Below the pieces are notes generated by a model, which was not told where the DNA came from, made no database searches, and saw nothing but the letters and a program-made list of their open reading frames with translations. Source: Octopus vulgaris (Eukaryota). Taken from it: a stretch of 64,000 nucleotides of DNA. The translations under genes and the position numbers were made by a program. Shown here piece after piece: positions 13,258 to 26,600 of this stretch (position 1 is its first letter; every line of letters begins with the position of its first letter). The stretch is from the NCBI GenBank assembly GCA_951406725.2, contig OX597835.1:16492001-16556000 (forward strand), in the 5' to 3' direction.

Positions 13258-14681
13258 CTGGTTAGCCTGGAGCTATGGCAGAAGACATTTATCCAGGATG
13301 TTTCACAGAGGGACTGAAGACTTTACATCCTCTTTAGAACCAAACACTTCAGAAAAAAAAGTACAATTCCAAAAGAAATTAAGTAATCTTTGTGTTGCTC
13401 TATGAATTCCAAAAAAACATTCAATCTTCCCTTCACTTGGAGGGAGGGAGAGAAAGAGAGAGAATCCCTTCACTGAGAGAAGAAATGGTAGTTCTCTGAA
13501 TCTTTACCTCTGGCTGATACAACAGCCTCCACTGCTAATTAGGTCAGCAAGGTAACAGAAGCCAGTCAACTACTACTAGGGAAACTTCCAAGTATTTAAG
13601 CCTTTTGATACTAACTTGCCTGAAACTGGCCTTGGTTCTCATACAAACTTCGCAACAACATGGCTTTGGTTTCAGTCCCCACAGCAAGGCAACTTAGATG
13701 TGTGTCTTCTACTAAAGCCCCTGGACAAACAAAGTCTTGTGAGCAGATTTGGTAGTGAGAAACTGAAAGAAACACATCATGTACGAGTGCATGCATGCAT
13801 GTGTGTGTGTGTGTGAGTTGTAAATGAGTGCCACAGTTCATGTAAGCCACCTTTCATTTCCAATCTTCTGCAAAAATATGTCTGGCCATGGGGAAATATT
13901 AGCTTGCTTCCTTGGGCAGTGACAGGAAGGATCTCCAAGTATAGAAAATCTGCCTCGATAAAATCCATCTGACCCATGCAAGCATGACGAAATTAATTTT
14001 GAAATTGATGATGATGATGATTCAATGCTTTGCTTCCAAATTTGGAAGTGCTTTGCAAATTCTACAGCTTCGTCCCTAAGAACAAGGTCATTGGCAAATA
14101 GAAGTTTCTATAGACACCCAGTCTCTAATTCCTTGAGGAACAGTAAATGGTCTAATGGCCATCTACTTGAGTGTTAATTTCTTGCAGAACTTGTAAACAG
14201 TACAGCCACAATTAATTTACAAAATGACCACAATATTACAACAGAGTGTGTTATCCAAAGACCTCAACACGGCAAATAATGTTAGGTATAATATAGGGAT
14301 ATTTTCTAAGAACTTTTTTTATGAGGAAGGGGACATCAACTGTACCTTATTCAAGCAGAAACCCATGCTGCATTTCATCTCAGTTGGCATCAGGATAAGC
14401 ATCCGGTACAAAGATACTGTCTCAACGTTTCTTGAACAACCAATGCCAGCATGCAAAAACTGAATATCAAAAACCAATGATTGCAATGAAACACATACGT
14501 GTGTGTGACGCCAATGAAATACACACACACACACATATATATCTTGGACCGACTGTATTTCTCCATTTGATAATCTAAAGCCTGAAAGTGATGAGCTTCT
14601 GTTAGAGGCTTGCAAAACTTTAACTTAGGGGCCAAATCGAACTCAACTCTTTTAAATAATATACATACATATATATGTATA

Positions 14682-15045
14682 TCTACATACATAAAACAGT
14701 AAAATGTCTGTGAGCGTGTCCTTTAAACAAACCCGCAGTTTTTCAGTTAGAGGGTTCACACTTTCTATGGTCATTCAAAAACCGCCCAAGGGTGGTCGTG
14801 CACATCTTTACATTTCCTCAGTCACGCCGCAAAGCCATTAGAAAATCAATAGAAGTGACTTTTTTGTGAATTTTCTATCCAAAACCCAATCAAAATGCCC
14901 GAAACTTGATACGCCAATTGAATGCCAGCTTGCTGTATGGGATTGGTCGGAGATTTGGACAGTACTCGCGCATATGTACGCACGCACGCAGCTGTATATG
15001 CATGCACTAGCACTATGACCTGGCATTGCCGGGTCATAGTGCTAG
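14682..15045 (+). mobile_element. Non-autonomous Helitron
   Basis: Starts A|TC (14681/14682), ends CTAG|T (15045) and has a terminal hairpin gacctggcattgccgggtc. Confidence 0.7.
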
Positions 15046-16599
15046 TGTATATATAACTATCAACATCATTCAATGTCTGTGCTTTATGCTGTTGTGGGTA
15101 AAACAGTTTAACAGGTTCTGATGGGTTCAAGAAAGCATTGTGCTCCATTGTCCACTATGAACATAGTTTCTTTAAAACGGATGCCCTTCCTAACAACAAA
15201 CACTTTACAAAGTGTATTGGGTGCTTTTCCATGGTACCAGCACTAGTGAGGTCACCTTGCAACTTGCAGATAATATATTATTATCCTTATCATCATCATC
15301 TTCACACCTGCTTTTTTTCAGGTAATTCTTATATGAGCAGGTGTGCTTCCTCTGGTTGATTCTCATGTGTTTCCAAGTGAAGTACTAACTCCTCAGCGCT
15401 GTTAACTCATGACAGATGTAAACATTGACAATCATACACACAGTATATTTTGGCACTGTACAAGCAATGTGATGCCACTGGACCACACACAGACACACAC
15501 ACACACACATGGTAGGCTTTCATACAGTTTCCACCCACAAGTCAGTAGACAGCTGCATGCAATTTAAGATCTCTCCAGCTCACGATGCCCCATGGCAGGG
15601 ACCCTAAACCACATGGTTGTAACAAGAACCCCTTAATGACGGAGTATGCCTGCATATATACAAACATACACATCCATACACACACACACATATACACACA
15701 CATACATACACACACACATATATACACACACATACATATATATACACACACATACATCCTAAACCACATGGTTGCATTGAGAACCCCTTAATGACGGAGT
15801 ATGCCTGCATATATACAAACATACACATTCATACACACACACACATACATACACATATGCACATACACACATACATATACATACACACACATACATCCAT
15901 ACACACACATATACATACACACGCACACACACACACACGCACGCACATATACACACACGCACATATACATACACACACATACATACGTACACATACATGT
16001 ATGTATAAATTATTAGCCAACAATGGAATATACATCTTCTCCTCCGTCTTCAATCAGTGAATATCCAACAACTGAGTTCAGAACAAAGCCAGCCACTAAG
16101 ATCGATAATGTCCTACCCACCACCACCACCGTCCCCACGCCCCATCACCACACTCCCACCTCACACATTATTCAATATCTCCAATTTTTGGTTTCCACTC
16201 TCCCTCCACACCACTGCTTCCACCACACAAACACAAAGTCTTGTCTGCCTCTCTCCCTATCTGTCTGTCTGTCTATCTGCACCTCTCAATCTCTCACTCT
16301 CTCTCTCTCTCATAGTCTCTTTAACAAGAACAACAACAACAACTATACAAATTTGTTCTTCATCAAATTCTTGGTCTACAGACCACCTCCGAGTTGAACT
16401 CACCTTTGTTTTACCAATTTTATACAATTTCCCATTCTTTTCATATGCAAACACTATAATATATATACATGTGTGTGTGTGTGTGCACATACATTTACAT
16501 TTATATGTATATATTCTTTTACTGGTTTCAGTCATTTGACTGCGGCCATGCTGAAGCACTGCCTTAATATCTATATACACATATTATATACATATATGA

Positions 16600-16619
16600 T
16601 ATATATGTATGTATGTATG

Positions 16620-16661
<42 letters not shown>

Positions 16662-17679
16662 ATATATATATGATATATAAATATATATGATATATACATA
16701 TATATACATAATATATAGATATATATACATATATATATATAGATATATATACATATATATATATAGATATATATACATAATATATAGATATACATACATA
16801 TATATATAGATATATATACATAATATATAGATATACATACATATATATATAGATATATATACATAATATATACATATACATACATATATATATATAGATA
16901 TATATACATAATATATACATATACATACATATATATATATAGATATATATACATAATATATACATATACATACATATATATATATAGATATATATACATA
17001 ATATATACATATACATACATATATATATATAGATATATATACATAATATATACATATACATACATATATATATATAGATATATATACATAATATATACAT
17101 ATACATACATATATATATATAGATATATATACATAATATATACATATACATACATATATATATATAGATATATATACATAATATATACATATACATACAT
17201 ATATATATATAGATATATATACATAATATATACATATACATACATATATATATATAGATATATATACATAATATATACATATACATACATATATATATAT
17301 AGATATATATACATAATATATACATATACATACATATATATATATAGATATATATACATAATATATACATATATACATATATATATATAGATATATATAC
17401 ATAATATATACATATACATACATATATATATATAGATATATATATACATAATATATACATATATATACATATATATATATAGATATATATACATAATATA
17501 TACATATACATACATATATATATATAGATATATATATACATATATATAGATATATATACATAATATATAGATATATATACATATATATATACATATATAT
17601 ATATATAGATATATATACATAATATATAGATATATATACATATATATAGATATATATACATATATATAGATATATATAC

Positions 17680-17735
<56 letters not shown>
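16600..17735. repeat. AT-rich minisatellite, 45-bp unit
   Basis: The unit acataatatatacatatacatacatatatatatatagatatatat repeats about 11 times perfectly from 16861 to 17355, with degenerate flanks. Confidence 0.95.
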
Positions 17736-18013
17736 CGTGTATGTGCACACATACAGATACATACAGTTAGCATCTTTCCTATTTCTACCAACCACATTCA
17801 CTCAAAAGGCTTTGGTCAGCCTGGAACTGCATTAGCAAAGACTTGCCCAAGGTGCTGCATCTTGTAAAACAAGCTCATTAACCATATAACTGTGCCTGAT
17901 TCTATACATACACATATATACACATGCACACATATATTTAAATTACAAATGTTTGCTTGAACAAAATTACTGTTCAAAGCAGAGAGTGAAATATATATGA
18001 AATGGTACAGTTC

Positions 18014-18019
18014 TTTATT
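18014..18019 (-). terminator. Candidate AATAAA poly(A) signal closing a repeat-poor segment
   Basis: AATAAA on the minus strand with T-rich downstream sequence, at the left edge of the unique 18-21 kb block. Confidence 0.3.
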
Positions 18020-19039
18020 GATACAACAACATATCTCAAAGTGCCATATTCATTTTCTGGCAAACATTTGTAATGCGACAAACTTAACCTGTTCTTCTAT
18101 TAGAATTACAAGAGAGAGAACACAACAAAACTACCCAATTATGCCTGCAGTTTACAGAACCTGCTACTGCTTTGGACACTGAATCAAGATCCCTGTAAGA
18201 TTTTGATTGTTACAAAAATGGTATGCAATATCGCCATTTAAGTATAGCTGAAAATAGTCTCATGCATAAAAGCCTTAATAAAACTGAAGAAGACTGTCTA
18301 AATGCTCAGAAATTTTTACGAGATGTTGCCACATCAAGTATATACTGAAACACTGAAAAAGGATTCTCCTCCTTTACTGAATGGATCAATATTTAACTAT
18401 TAACCATGAGGAATAACACTATCTCTTTTCTTTCCTGTTTCAAAAGACACACATAAATTCATTCTGCTTTGCAATAATGTTCTAACTGATACCCTTATAA
18501 CTTCCAACTCTTTGGCTTTCCATACTCTCAATTCTATTTAGTCCCTTAATTTCACCCACACCACCTTTCTCCATTGTTTTATATGTTTTAGGTCCTCCTG
18601 AAGTTGTTAAGTTTTATTTCCAACTACCCACAGAAAATAACTCACCCATTAACTCATATAGCTTTTGAGTTATACCACTTACAACATTCTTAAACCTATA
18701 AGGTACAGAAGGAATCTTTGAGAAAACAGCACACCAAATTTATCCAAGATATTACCAGAGTAGATTGAATTTGTCATCTGACAATGAATTGCGTTAAATT
18801 GAACATGAAACTTCAAGTTACAAAATATCAGTAATGGACTACATCACGTGTGTGCGTTAATTTTCACAAGGAAAAAGATTGAAAGTGACTTCAAAATTTC
18901 AATTCAATGTTCAACGATTTTCATAAATATACAAACATAAAAACTGATATATATATATATATAAAACAGTATTTCTATAAGTTTAAAGCTTATAGCAATT
19001 ACTGTGCAATGACTAAATTTGACAGAAACAGGGAGGCTA

Positions 19040-19111
19040 AATTCGCTGGTGTAATTGTAACACACTTAGTCGTGCTAACAAAAAGATGCGGGTTCAAATC
19101 CTACGCAGATG
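19040..19111 (+). pseudogene. Degenerate tRNA-like sequence (tRNA pseudogene or old SINE head)
   Basis: 72 nt long, with D-arm GTGT-AATTGTA-ACAC and T-loop GGTTCAAATCC. Acceptor pairing is partial (aattcgc / gcagatg) and the anticodon arm is non-canonical. Confidence 0.4.
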
Positions 19112-19258
19112 GGAAAGCCTACTTATATGCCCCGTTATTAGACTATTTTCCTTAGTCATTGCAAGGTGATTGCTATGAGCTTTTAGCATACATAAAAATA
19201 CCATTATTATTATTTACAGGATTGTAAAACTCAGCACCGTATAACAAAATCATTTGTA

Positions 19259-19308
<50 letters not shown>

Positions 19309-20109
19309 TACACACACATATACATAAATAGAAATACACACAAACTTAATTTCTTGGAAGCTGAAACTTCAAAACTTAATATTCCCAGCTTCTTCTTCTT
19401 GCTGATAATCATCCAAAGACAGACAAGAGAGTCAGCGTAACATTATGTGAAGTATCATCTTCCAATAATTTATGCAAATATATTTTCTCCCTCTCGTTCC
19501 TATACATAAATAAATATATGTACACACACACATGTATGTTGTAACTGAAGTAGCTAAAACCATTTCATTGCAAACAACAGGATTTGGTATGAACACACAA
19601 TTACAGCAGCCACTATAAAATGCACACAAACTCAACAAGAGGCAGTGGTGTATAGTCTGATGCAAACATTGGTTGACTGATAGCTTGTGAGGAGAATTTG
19701 ACAGGTGGAAACTTCCGCAGAAAAGTGCCCCCTCTCCATAAATAAGGATCACTCAGTACAGTTGACAAAAATAAAGTAGCTTGTAGTATGATTATGGACA
19801 AAAAAAAAATATGCTAAATATCAATCAAAATAAATTCTTGGTTTATTGTAAAATGCTTTGCTTGGAGAGAAAATAAACAAACACCTACTGGCAAACCACA
19901 ACCAACTCTGAATGAGAAGGGGAGATAATCTCTTGGAATCAACAATCAAGAACTGAAATACTTTTAACTCTTTAACTGCAAAATCAAATTTTGCAGTCAT
20001 TCCAGTAATGATGTTAAACATCAATCAAAAAACAGGATTGGCATTTTCTGCTAGTTACACTCCCTCAATGACCTTGACATATCAAGAAAAAAAAAATTTC
20101 AGACATGAC

Positions 20110-20378
20110 AGCCTCACCTGGACCCCGTGCCGGTGGCACGTAAAAAGCACCATCTGACCGTGGCCGTTTGCCAGCCCCGTCTGGTACCTGTGCCGGTGGC
20201 ACATATAAAGCACCCACTACACTCACAGAGTGGTTGGTGTTAGGAAGGGCATCCAGCCGTAGAAACACTGCCAGATCAGACTGGGCCTGGTGCAGCCTTC
20301 TGGCTTCCCAGACCCCAGTTGAACCGTCAAACCCATGCTAGCATGGAAAGCGGACACTAAATGATGATGATGATGATG
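20110..20378 (+). mobile_element. SINE-like family E copy
   Basis: Two internal units, then ggttggtgttaggaagggcatccag...gcggacactaaatgatgatg. Confidence 0.85.
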
Positions 20379-20605
20379 TTGACATTCCTCAAAAAAAGAA
20401 TATAAAACTGCTTTACAGTTTGAGGGGATATATCCGATTTTGGCAGTGAGTGGGTTAAGGAAAAGACAGTTTGTATCTTTTCTGAAGCCAAGTGAGGATC
20501 AATAAACATGTTTCTGCCTCAATAAGTATCATCAGCACAGGACTGTCGTTATCTTGAATTCGACCAGACTTTAACATTTAGAAATATACAAACAGTGTAG
20601 GAAAC

Positions 20606-21021
20606 GGATCTTTTCAGTCTGAACGGCAGTTTTTAAAATAATTTCTAGGTAACTAAAAAAATTTTAAACTTCGTATACTGGTAGAATGTGTTTATAAAAC
20701 ATCTTTTTCTCTTGGCTTTATTGAGAAAATTCTATCGTTTGTAAGATATTTGTTTGTTTTTTTTCTTCAATTTCTGCAATTTCAACCAATCAATGACGTC
20801 CATTGAGGTAAAAAAAACATTCTGTGCTGTATGAATATGTCCCTCGCTTAAGAAACAGATTGGGTTTATTTACATTTGTGAAGAAAAAAAAGATACCCTT
20901 CTCCCCACCACTAACCCTAAAACAGATTGAAATGCAATAGATCGATACTAGGGTCATAATTATGGGTGACAATTTCATATGACACCGCTAGAAAAAACTG
21001 CCGTTCAAACCGAAAAGATCC
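20606..21021. mobile_element. MITE with 29-bp terminal inverted repeats
   Basis: GGATCTTTTCAGTCTGAACGGCAGTTTTT and AAAAACTGCCGTTCAAACCGAAAAGATCC (2 mismatches). No clear TSD seen. Confidence 0.85.
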
Positions 21022-21410
21022 TCGGGAACATTTAAGGTATAGGGTAATTTGCATAATTAAAATGAAAATGAGCTGAGACAACTCAGAATGACCAGTGGAT
21101 ATGAATTCGGACAAGTTCACAAGCGTTTGTACAGGTTTCCGAGTATCTGATTGCACTCTTAAGATCAACCCAAGGCCATCAGGTCCTAATACAGGCTTAG
21201 CGTACCACACAATAGAAAATCTAATCCGGAACCATGTGGTTGCAACACGAAATTATTCAACCTCAGAGCCATTGCAGGCACTTGGGGTGTGCATGTCAGA
21301 GTTTGGCACAGTTTAATGCCATATTTTTTTTGGGGGGGTGTACGAAAACACGGTGTTGTGTTTAAAACGTTTACCCAACCACACACACATACAAATAAAC
21401 AGATAGATAA

Positions 21411-21631
21411 ATACGGCACAGAATGTTTTTTACCTCAATAGACATCAGTGAGTGGTTGAAATTGCAAAAATTGAAGAAGAAAAAAAACAACAAATATCTT
21501 ACAAACTATAGGATTTTCTCAATAAAGCCAAGAGAAAAAGATGTTTTATATACACATTCTACAAGTATAAGTTTAAAAGTGTTTAGGTACCTAGAAATTG
21601 TTAAAAACTGCCGTTCAAACCGAAAAGATCC
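21411..21631 (-). mobile_element. Half copy of the same MITE, inverted
   Basis: Reverse complement of 20606-20833, ending in the same TIR. Confidence 0.85.
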
Positions 21632-21668
<37 letters not shown>

Positions 21669-21976
21669 CACACATATGTATAAATGTGTATATATATATA
21701 AATATATATTATACACACATATGTATAAATGTGTAAATATATATATATATATATATATTATACACACATATGTATAAATGTGTATATATATATATATATA
21801 TTATACACACATATGTATAAATGTGTATATATATATTATACACACATGTATAAATGTATATATATATATATACATATATTATACACACATGTATAAATGT
21901 GTATATATATATATATATATTATACACACATATGTATAAATGTATATATATATATATATAAATATTATACACACAC

Positions 21977-22016
<40 letters not shown>

Positions 22017-22138
22017 CACATACACAAGTGTCTTGTTACCAATATACTATATATATATATACATATATTGGTCTTCTTTCTTCTGTCAATCTGCATTTCA
22101 ACCATGTTATATATATATACATGTACAGTCTATGACAC

Positions 22139-22432
22139 ACTTCCGGTTGTTTGAGCACCACGCATCCATGTGTGCGTGCGCGCGTGAAGGTGTGTTGAGA
22201 GTGGGAGGAAGGGGTGAGGGTGAGGGGCAGAGTCGGAGGGAATGATGGACGAAGCAGCGAGGCGAAGTAACGGTGCATTGCGAGTCCTCCTGAGTTTAAA
22301 TAATAATAGACACGGTTGTTTGTCTCGTTGTGGGAATGTCCAAGCCTCGGAGAGAAGTCTCCCCCGTTTTTGGATCCAGACATCGGCTTATGAGCACAGG
22401 TTCTGCAATGCATGTGTCTGAAGGAGCCATTA

Positions 22433-22465
<33 letters not shown>

Positions 22466-23057
22466 GTATGTGTGTGTGTGTATGATGTATGTATGTGTGT
22501 GTATGTATGTATTTATGTATGTGTGTATGTGTGTATGTATGTGTGTGTATGTATGTATGTATGTGCGTGTCTATGTGCGTGCATGCGATAAACCCTCGGT
22601 CCAGGGTCATCCACCAACCAGATGGACAATTTCAAATCATGTACAGATTAAAGAGGGGGAGAAGAAGGAAGAGGAAGAGAGAGAGAGAGAAAGGGAAATA
22701 TAGAGAAAGTAGACAAAGTGGGTAGAGAGAGAGAGAAGAGGGAAAGAAAGCGGAGAAGAGAGTGGGGAAGAGGGAGGGAGAAAAAGAAACGAGAGAGAGA
22801 GAGAGTGAGCGTAACTCAAGAACGAGAATAAACTTGAGTACAGCTGGAGTGTAACTCGAGTGACTACAAGGGAATGGATAGAGTCGCGGCTGGCAATACA
22901 GCTGAGAGCAAGCAACTTGTGTTATTATGTATGAGAGAAAATAGTCATGTTTCTCATGGATATATGTATGAGTGTGAATGAACATGTATTTATAGCATGT
23001 ACATACATACATACACACATTATATAAGTGAGGGGAGGGGAGCAGGCGGTATATAAA
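22139..23057. promoter_or_regulatory. CpG-retaining candidate promoter/enhancer region
   Basis: ETS motif ACTTCCGGTT (22139), CSL/Su(H) motif TGTGGGAA (22329), two CAGCTG E-boxes (about 22841 and 22899), TATAAATA on minus (22987-22994), GGGGAGGGG and TATATAAA on plus (23050-23057). Confidence 0.4.
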
Positions 23058-23249
23058 CGCGTACGTGAGTGTGTATGCTTGGTTGGTCCCCTAGTAAACT
23101 AGAAATAGCCGCCACGATTGCTTTTTTGCACACACTATATAATATTTCTGTCTCTACACCAATCACTCTGATCCTTGTCTCTTTTATCAGATATTTTTAA
23201 CTAAACCGCTGAATACTCGCAGGTTACGCGTGTGTGTGTGTGTAGATTG

Positions 23250-23620
<371 letters not shown>

Positions 23621-23780
23621 TAGAGAGACAGACAGGCATATATAACTTACAAACATAACATATACATCCATAGATGCGACATCTCTCGGCATACAATCCA
23701 GTTGTTTGTTCAATTAACTATATACTCATTAACTAGCACTGTAAAGCAGCCGAGTATTCTGCAGGTACATGGACCCTTAA

Positions 23781-24010
23781 GGCGGCGAGCTGGTAGAATC
23801 GTTAGCACGCCGGGCGAAATGCTGGGCTATATTTCGTCTGTCGTTACGTTCTGAGTTCAAATTCCGCCGAGGTCGACTTTGCCTTTCATCCTTTCGAGGT
23901 CGATAAATTAAGTACCGGTTACGCACTGGGGTCGATGTAATCGACTTAATCCCTTTGTCTGTCCTTGTTTGTCTCCTCTGTGTTTAGCCCCTAGTGGGTA
24001 GTAAGGAAAT
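23781..24010 (+). mobile_element. SINE family B, full length
   Basis: ggcggcgagctggtagaatcgttagcacg (A box), gagttcaaattcc (B box), body, and tail gtgggtagtaaggaaat. Confidence 0.9.
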
Positions 24011-25249
24011 TGGTACATGTACCCTTAGAACGCAATTCTCGGATCACTAACAAAGCACATATGAATGTATATATGGCAAGACCGGCCCTTTTTTTGAATA
24101 ACAGGTACAATCCAATCCTCTTCAAAGGTTCCAACGGAGTTTCTGCCAGACCAATTTCAATTCACAAGGTTTGGATCGGCCATAGACTTCGTTGAAGATA
24201 AGTTACGCAGTGGTTACAAAGTGGGGAGGAAGAAGGTCGAACTCGGGACCTCTTAATTGCGAAAAGAATTACTTAAGACACACAGAGAAATATCTATACA
24301 ACACGGAAAACGGCTGACAAGAAATACAGTAAGAATGAAATAACACCGGCCATACATACATACATATACATATATATATACACACACACACACACATACA
24401 TATATATACCACACACACACACAAATAAAGGAATTCGTCAACGCAGGAAGGCTGAGGAACTAACAGGATGTGGTGACAGTCATGTTTTTCTTAAAAGATA
24501 TTTAACAAATCAGAGAAGCTTAATTTCTACTTCCAAGTCTCAAGATATGTACCAAATGGGAAAGTGTGTACAGATATATGTGTGTGTGTACATGGATATA
24601 TATATATATAGTGTATGTGTGTATATATATGTGTGTGTTATGAACAAAATATGTTGAGTTATTTATTCAAATTATGAGTTCAAATTCCGCTTAGGCCAAC
24701 CTTGCCTTTCATCCAACCGCATAATACCAGTTATGTACTGAGGTCAGTTGACTCACTAAATTGGTCCACGTTTCGATTTGAACTCTCGTTGGTGTTGACT
24801 TAAGCAAGGGTCGATAAAATAAATAACAGTAACGTACTCGGGTTACACTTCAGTTACCAAAACCCAGACACAAAAAGTGGTCGTGGCGGTGGAGAACAGT
24901 GGACTAAATCAACACCAGTATATAACTGGTACTTAGCTCAAGGGCCAAGAAATTGTGAAAGCCAAACTGGATGTCGGGTAGGATTTGAACTCGGAACGAA
25001 AAAGGTACTCTGTTCGGTAATGTTCGTCCGGCCGACACATCACTCGACCTGCTAGAAATAGCAACCAATAATCTACTTCAAATCACATAATACCACTTTA
25101 AAAGAGAGACAAATAATAGTGGAACAAAATAAGAACTTGAACTGGTCAGAACTGGAATGTCTTTGGTCAAAGATCTGTTTGATCAGGTTTGACCTCGGCT
25201 AAACAACTAAAATAATATCGAATATTTAATATGTAACAATAATAATACT

Positions 25250-26080
25250 TTCTCTTATAGGCACAAGGCCTGAAATTTGAGAACAAGAGAACTCGTCGAT
25301 TATATCGACCCTAGGACTTGATTGCTACTCATTTTATGAACCCCGAAAGGATGAAAGGCAAAGTTGAGCTCGACGGTATTTGAACTCAGAACGTAAAGAA
25401 CCGTAAACAATGCTGCTAACCATTTTGTCCGACTCGCTAACGATTCTGCCAGTACTCCACTTTTTTTTTTTTTTAAACGAAGGTTTCAAATTAATGTACG
25501 AAGCCACCAATTTTGAGGGGATGGGGTGGCTGGTTTAATCGATGTCCTCGATCCTAGTACTTTATTTTATCGATCTCGAAAAGATGAATGGTAATGCTGA
25601 CCTCGGTGGGATTCGAACTTAGAACGTAGAAAATCGGAAGAAATACAGCAAAGGTAGTTTGTGTGACGCCCCAGGAGGATTCTGTCAACCTAACAATATT
25701 GTTTCTGGTATAAAGTACAGACTGGATTTTTTTTTTTGAAGCAGAGGGTGGGGGTAGGTCGATTACATCTAACCCAGTACTTGCCAAGTGCTCTATTTCA
25801 TCGACCCCGGAGGGATGAAAAGACAAAACTGGGCTCGGCGGGATTTGAACTCAGAACAACAAATGAATACCGGAACGAAAAACCGCGAGGTATTTACTCT
25901 CTTTTACTCTTTTACTTGTTTCAGTCATTTGACTGCGGCCATGCTGGAGCACCGCCTTTTTTAATCGAGCAACTCGACCCCGGGACTTATTCTTTTGTAA
26001 GCCCAGTACTTATGCTATCGGTCTCTTTTGCCGAACCGCTAAGTAACGCGTCCGATGCTCTAACAATTTCACCAAAATAA
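25250..26080 (-). mobile_element. Cluster of older family B copies plus a family A fragment (25900-26045)
   Basis: Repeated gaaaggatgaaaggcaaagt...tttgaactcagaac blocks. Confidence 0.75.
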
Positions 26081-26560
26081 ATAAATGATATTTATAAGAC
26101 GGGTGGATAGGAAGGAACAGAGTGGGTATGGATAAACGGCACCGATCCAATAAATTTTAACTTGGCATTTTTCTGGTCCAACCCCAGCGGAATGGAAACG
26201 AAGGAAGACTCAGATGGAATTTGAACTAAGACAACCCCCTTCTCTCTCTGTTGCTTACGGTCGCTTCCACCGCAGTAATTAATAATTTGGTGGTTTCTAA
26301 TTTTGGAACGAAGTCGCAATTTTTGGCATGGTGGTGGTGGTGATGGAAGCGGTAGAGACGGACGGGGCGTGTGCGTGCGTGTGTGTGTGAAGAGGGTGGG
26401 GGAGAAATAATCGATCGATTCCGCCCCACCCATGGTACTTTATCATCATTTTATTTATCGATCTCCCAGAGGAATTTAAAAATCAGGAAGAAGGTAAAAG
26501 GGACATAACTATACACTTCAGGGGCATTTAATCCGGCTCTCTTCTCATTCCACCACCTTT

Positions 26561-26600
<40 letters not shown>

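Noticed and set aside
16564-17801. Three 394-408 aa ORFs
   Set aside because: They are translations of a 45-bp AT minisatellite (Y/I/M/C repeats) and not coding.
18201-18211. Match to the start of miR-315
   Set aside because: Only 11 nt match and there is no precursor hairpin. Similar short matches to miR-124 (about 43961) and miR-133 (about 23083) were also dismissed.
20909-20920. ctaaccctaa as telomerase template or telomeric seed
   Set aside because: A single short match inside a MITE.
21135-21185. Hammerhead-like CTGATGG...GAAA on minus
   Set aside because: The core has G in place of A9 and I could not form stems I and III.
22360-22385. LDPKTG as a tarsal-less/pri peptide
   Set aside because: It does not match LDPTGxY, and there are no repeated short ORFs.
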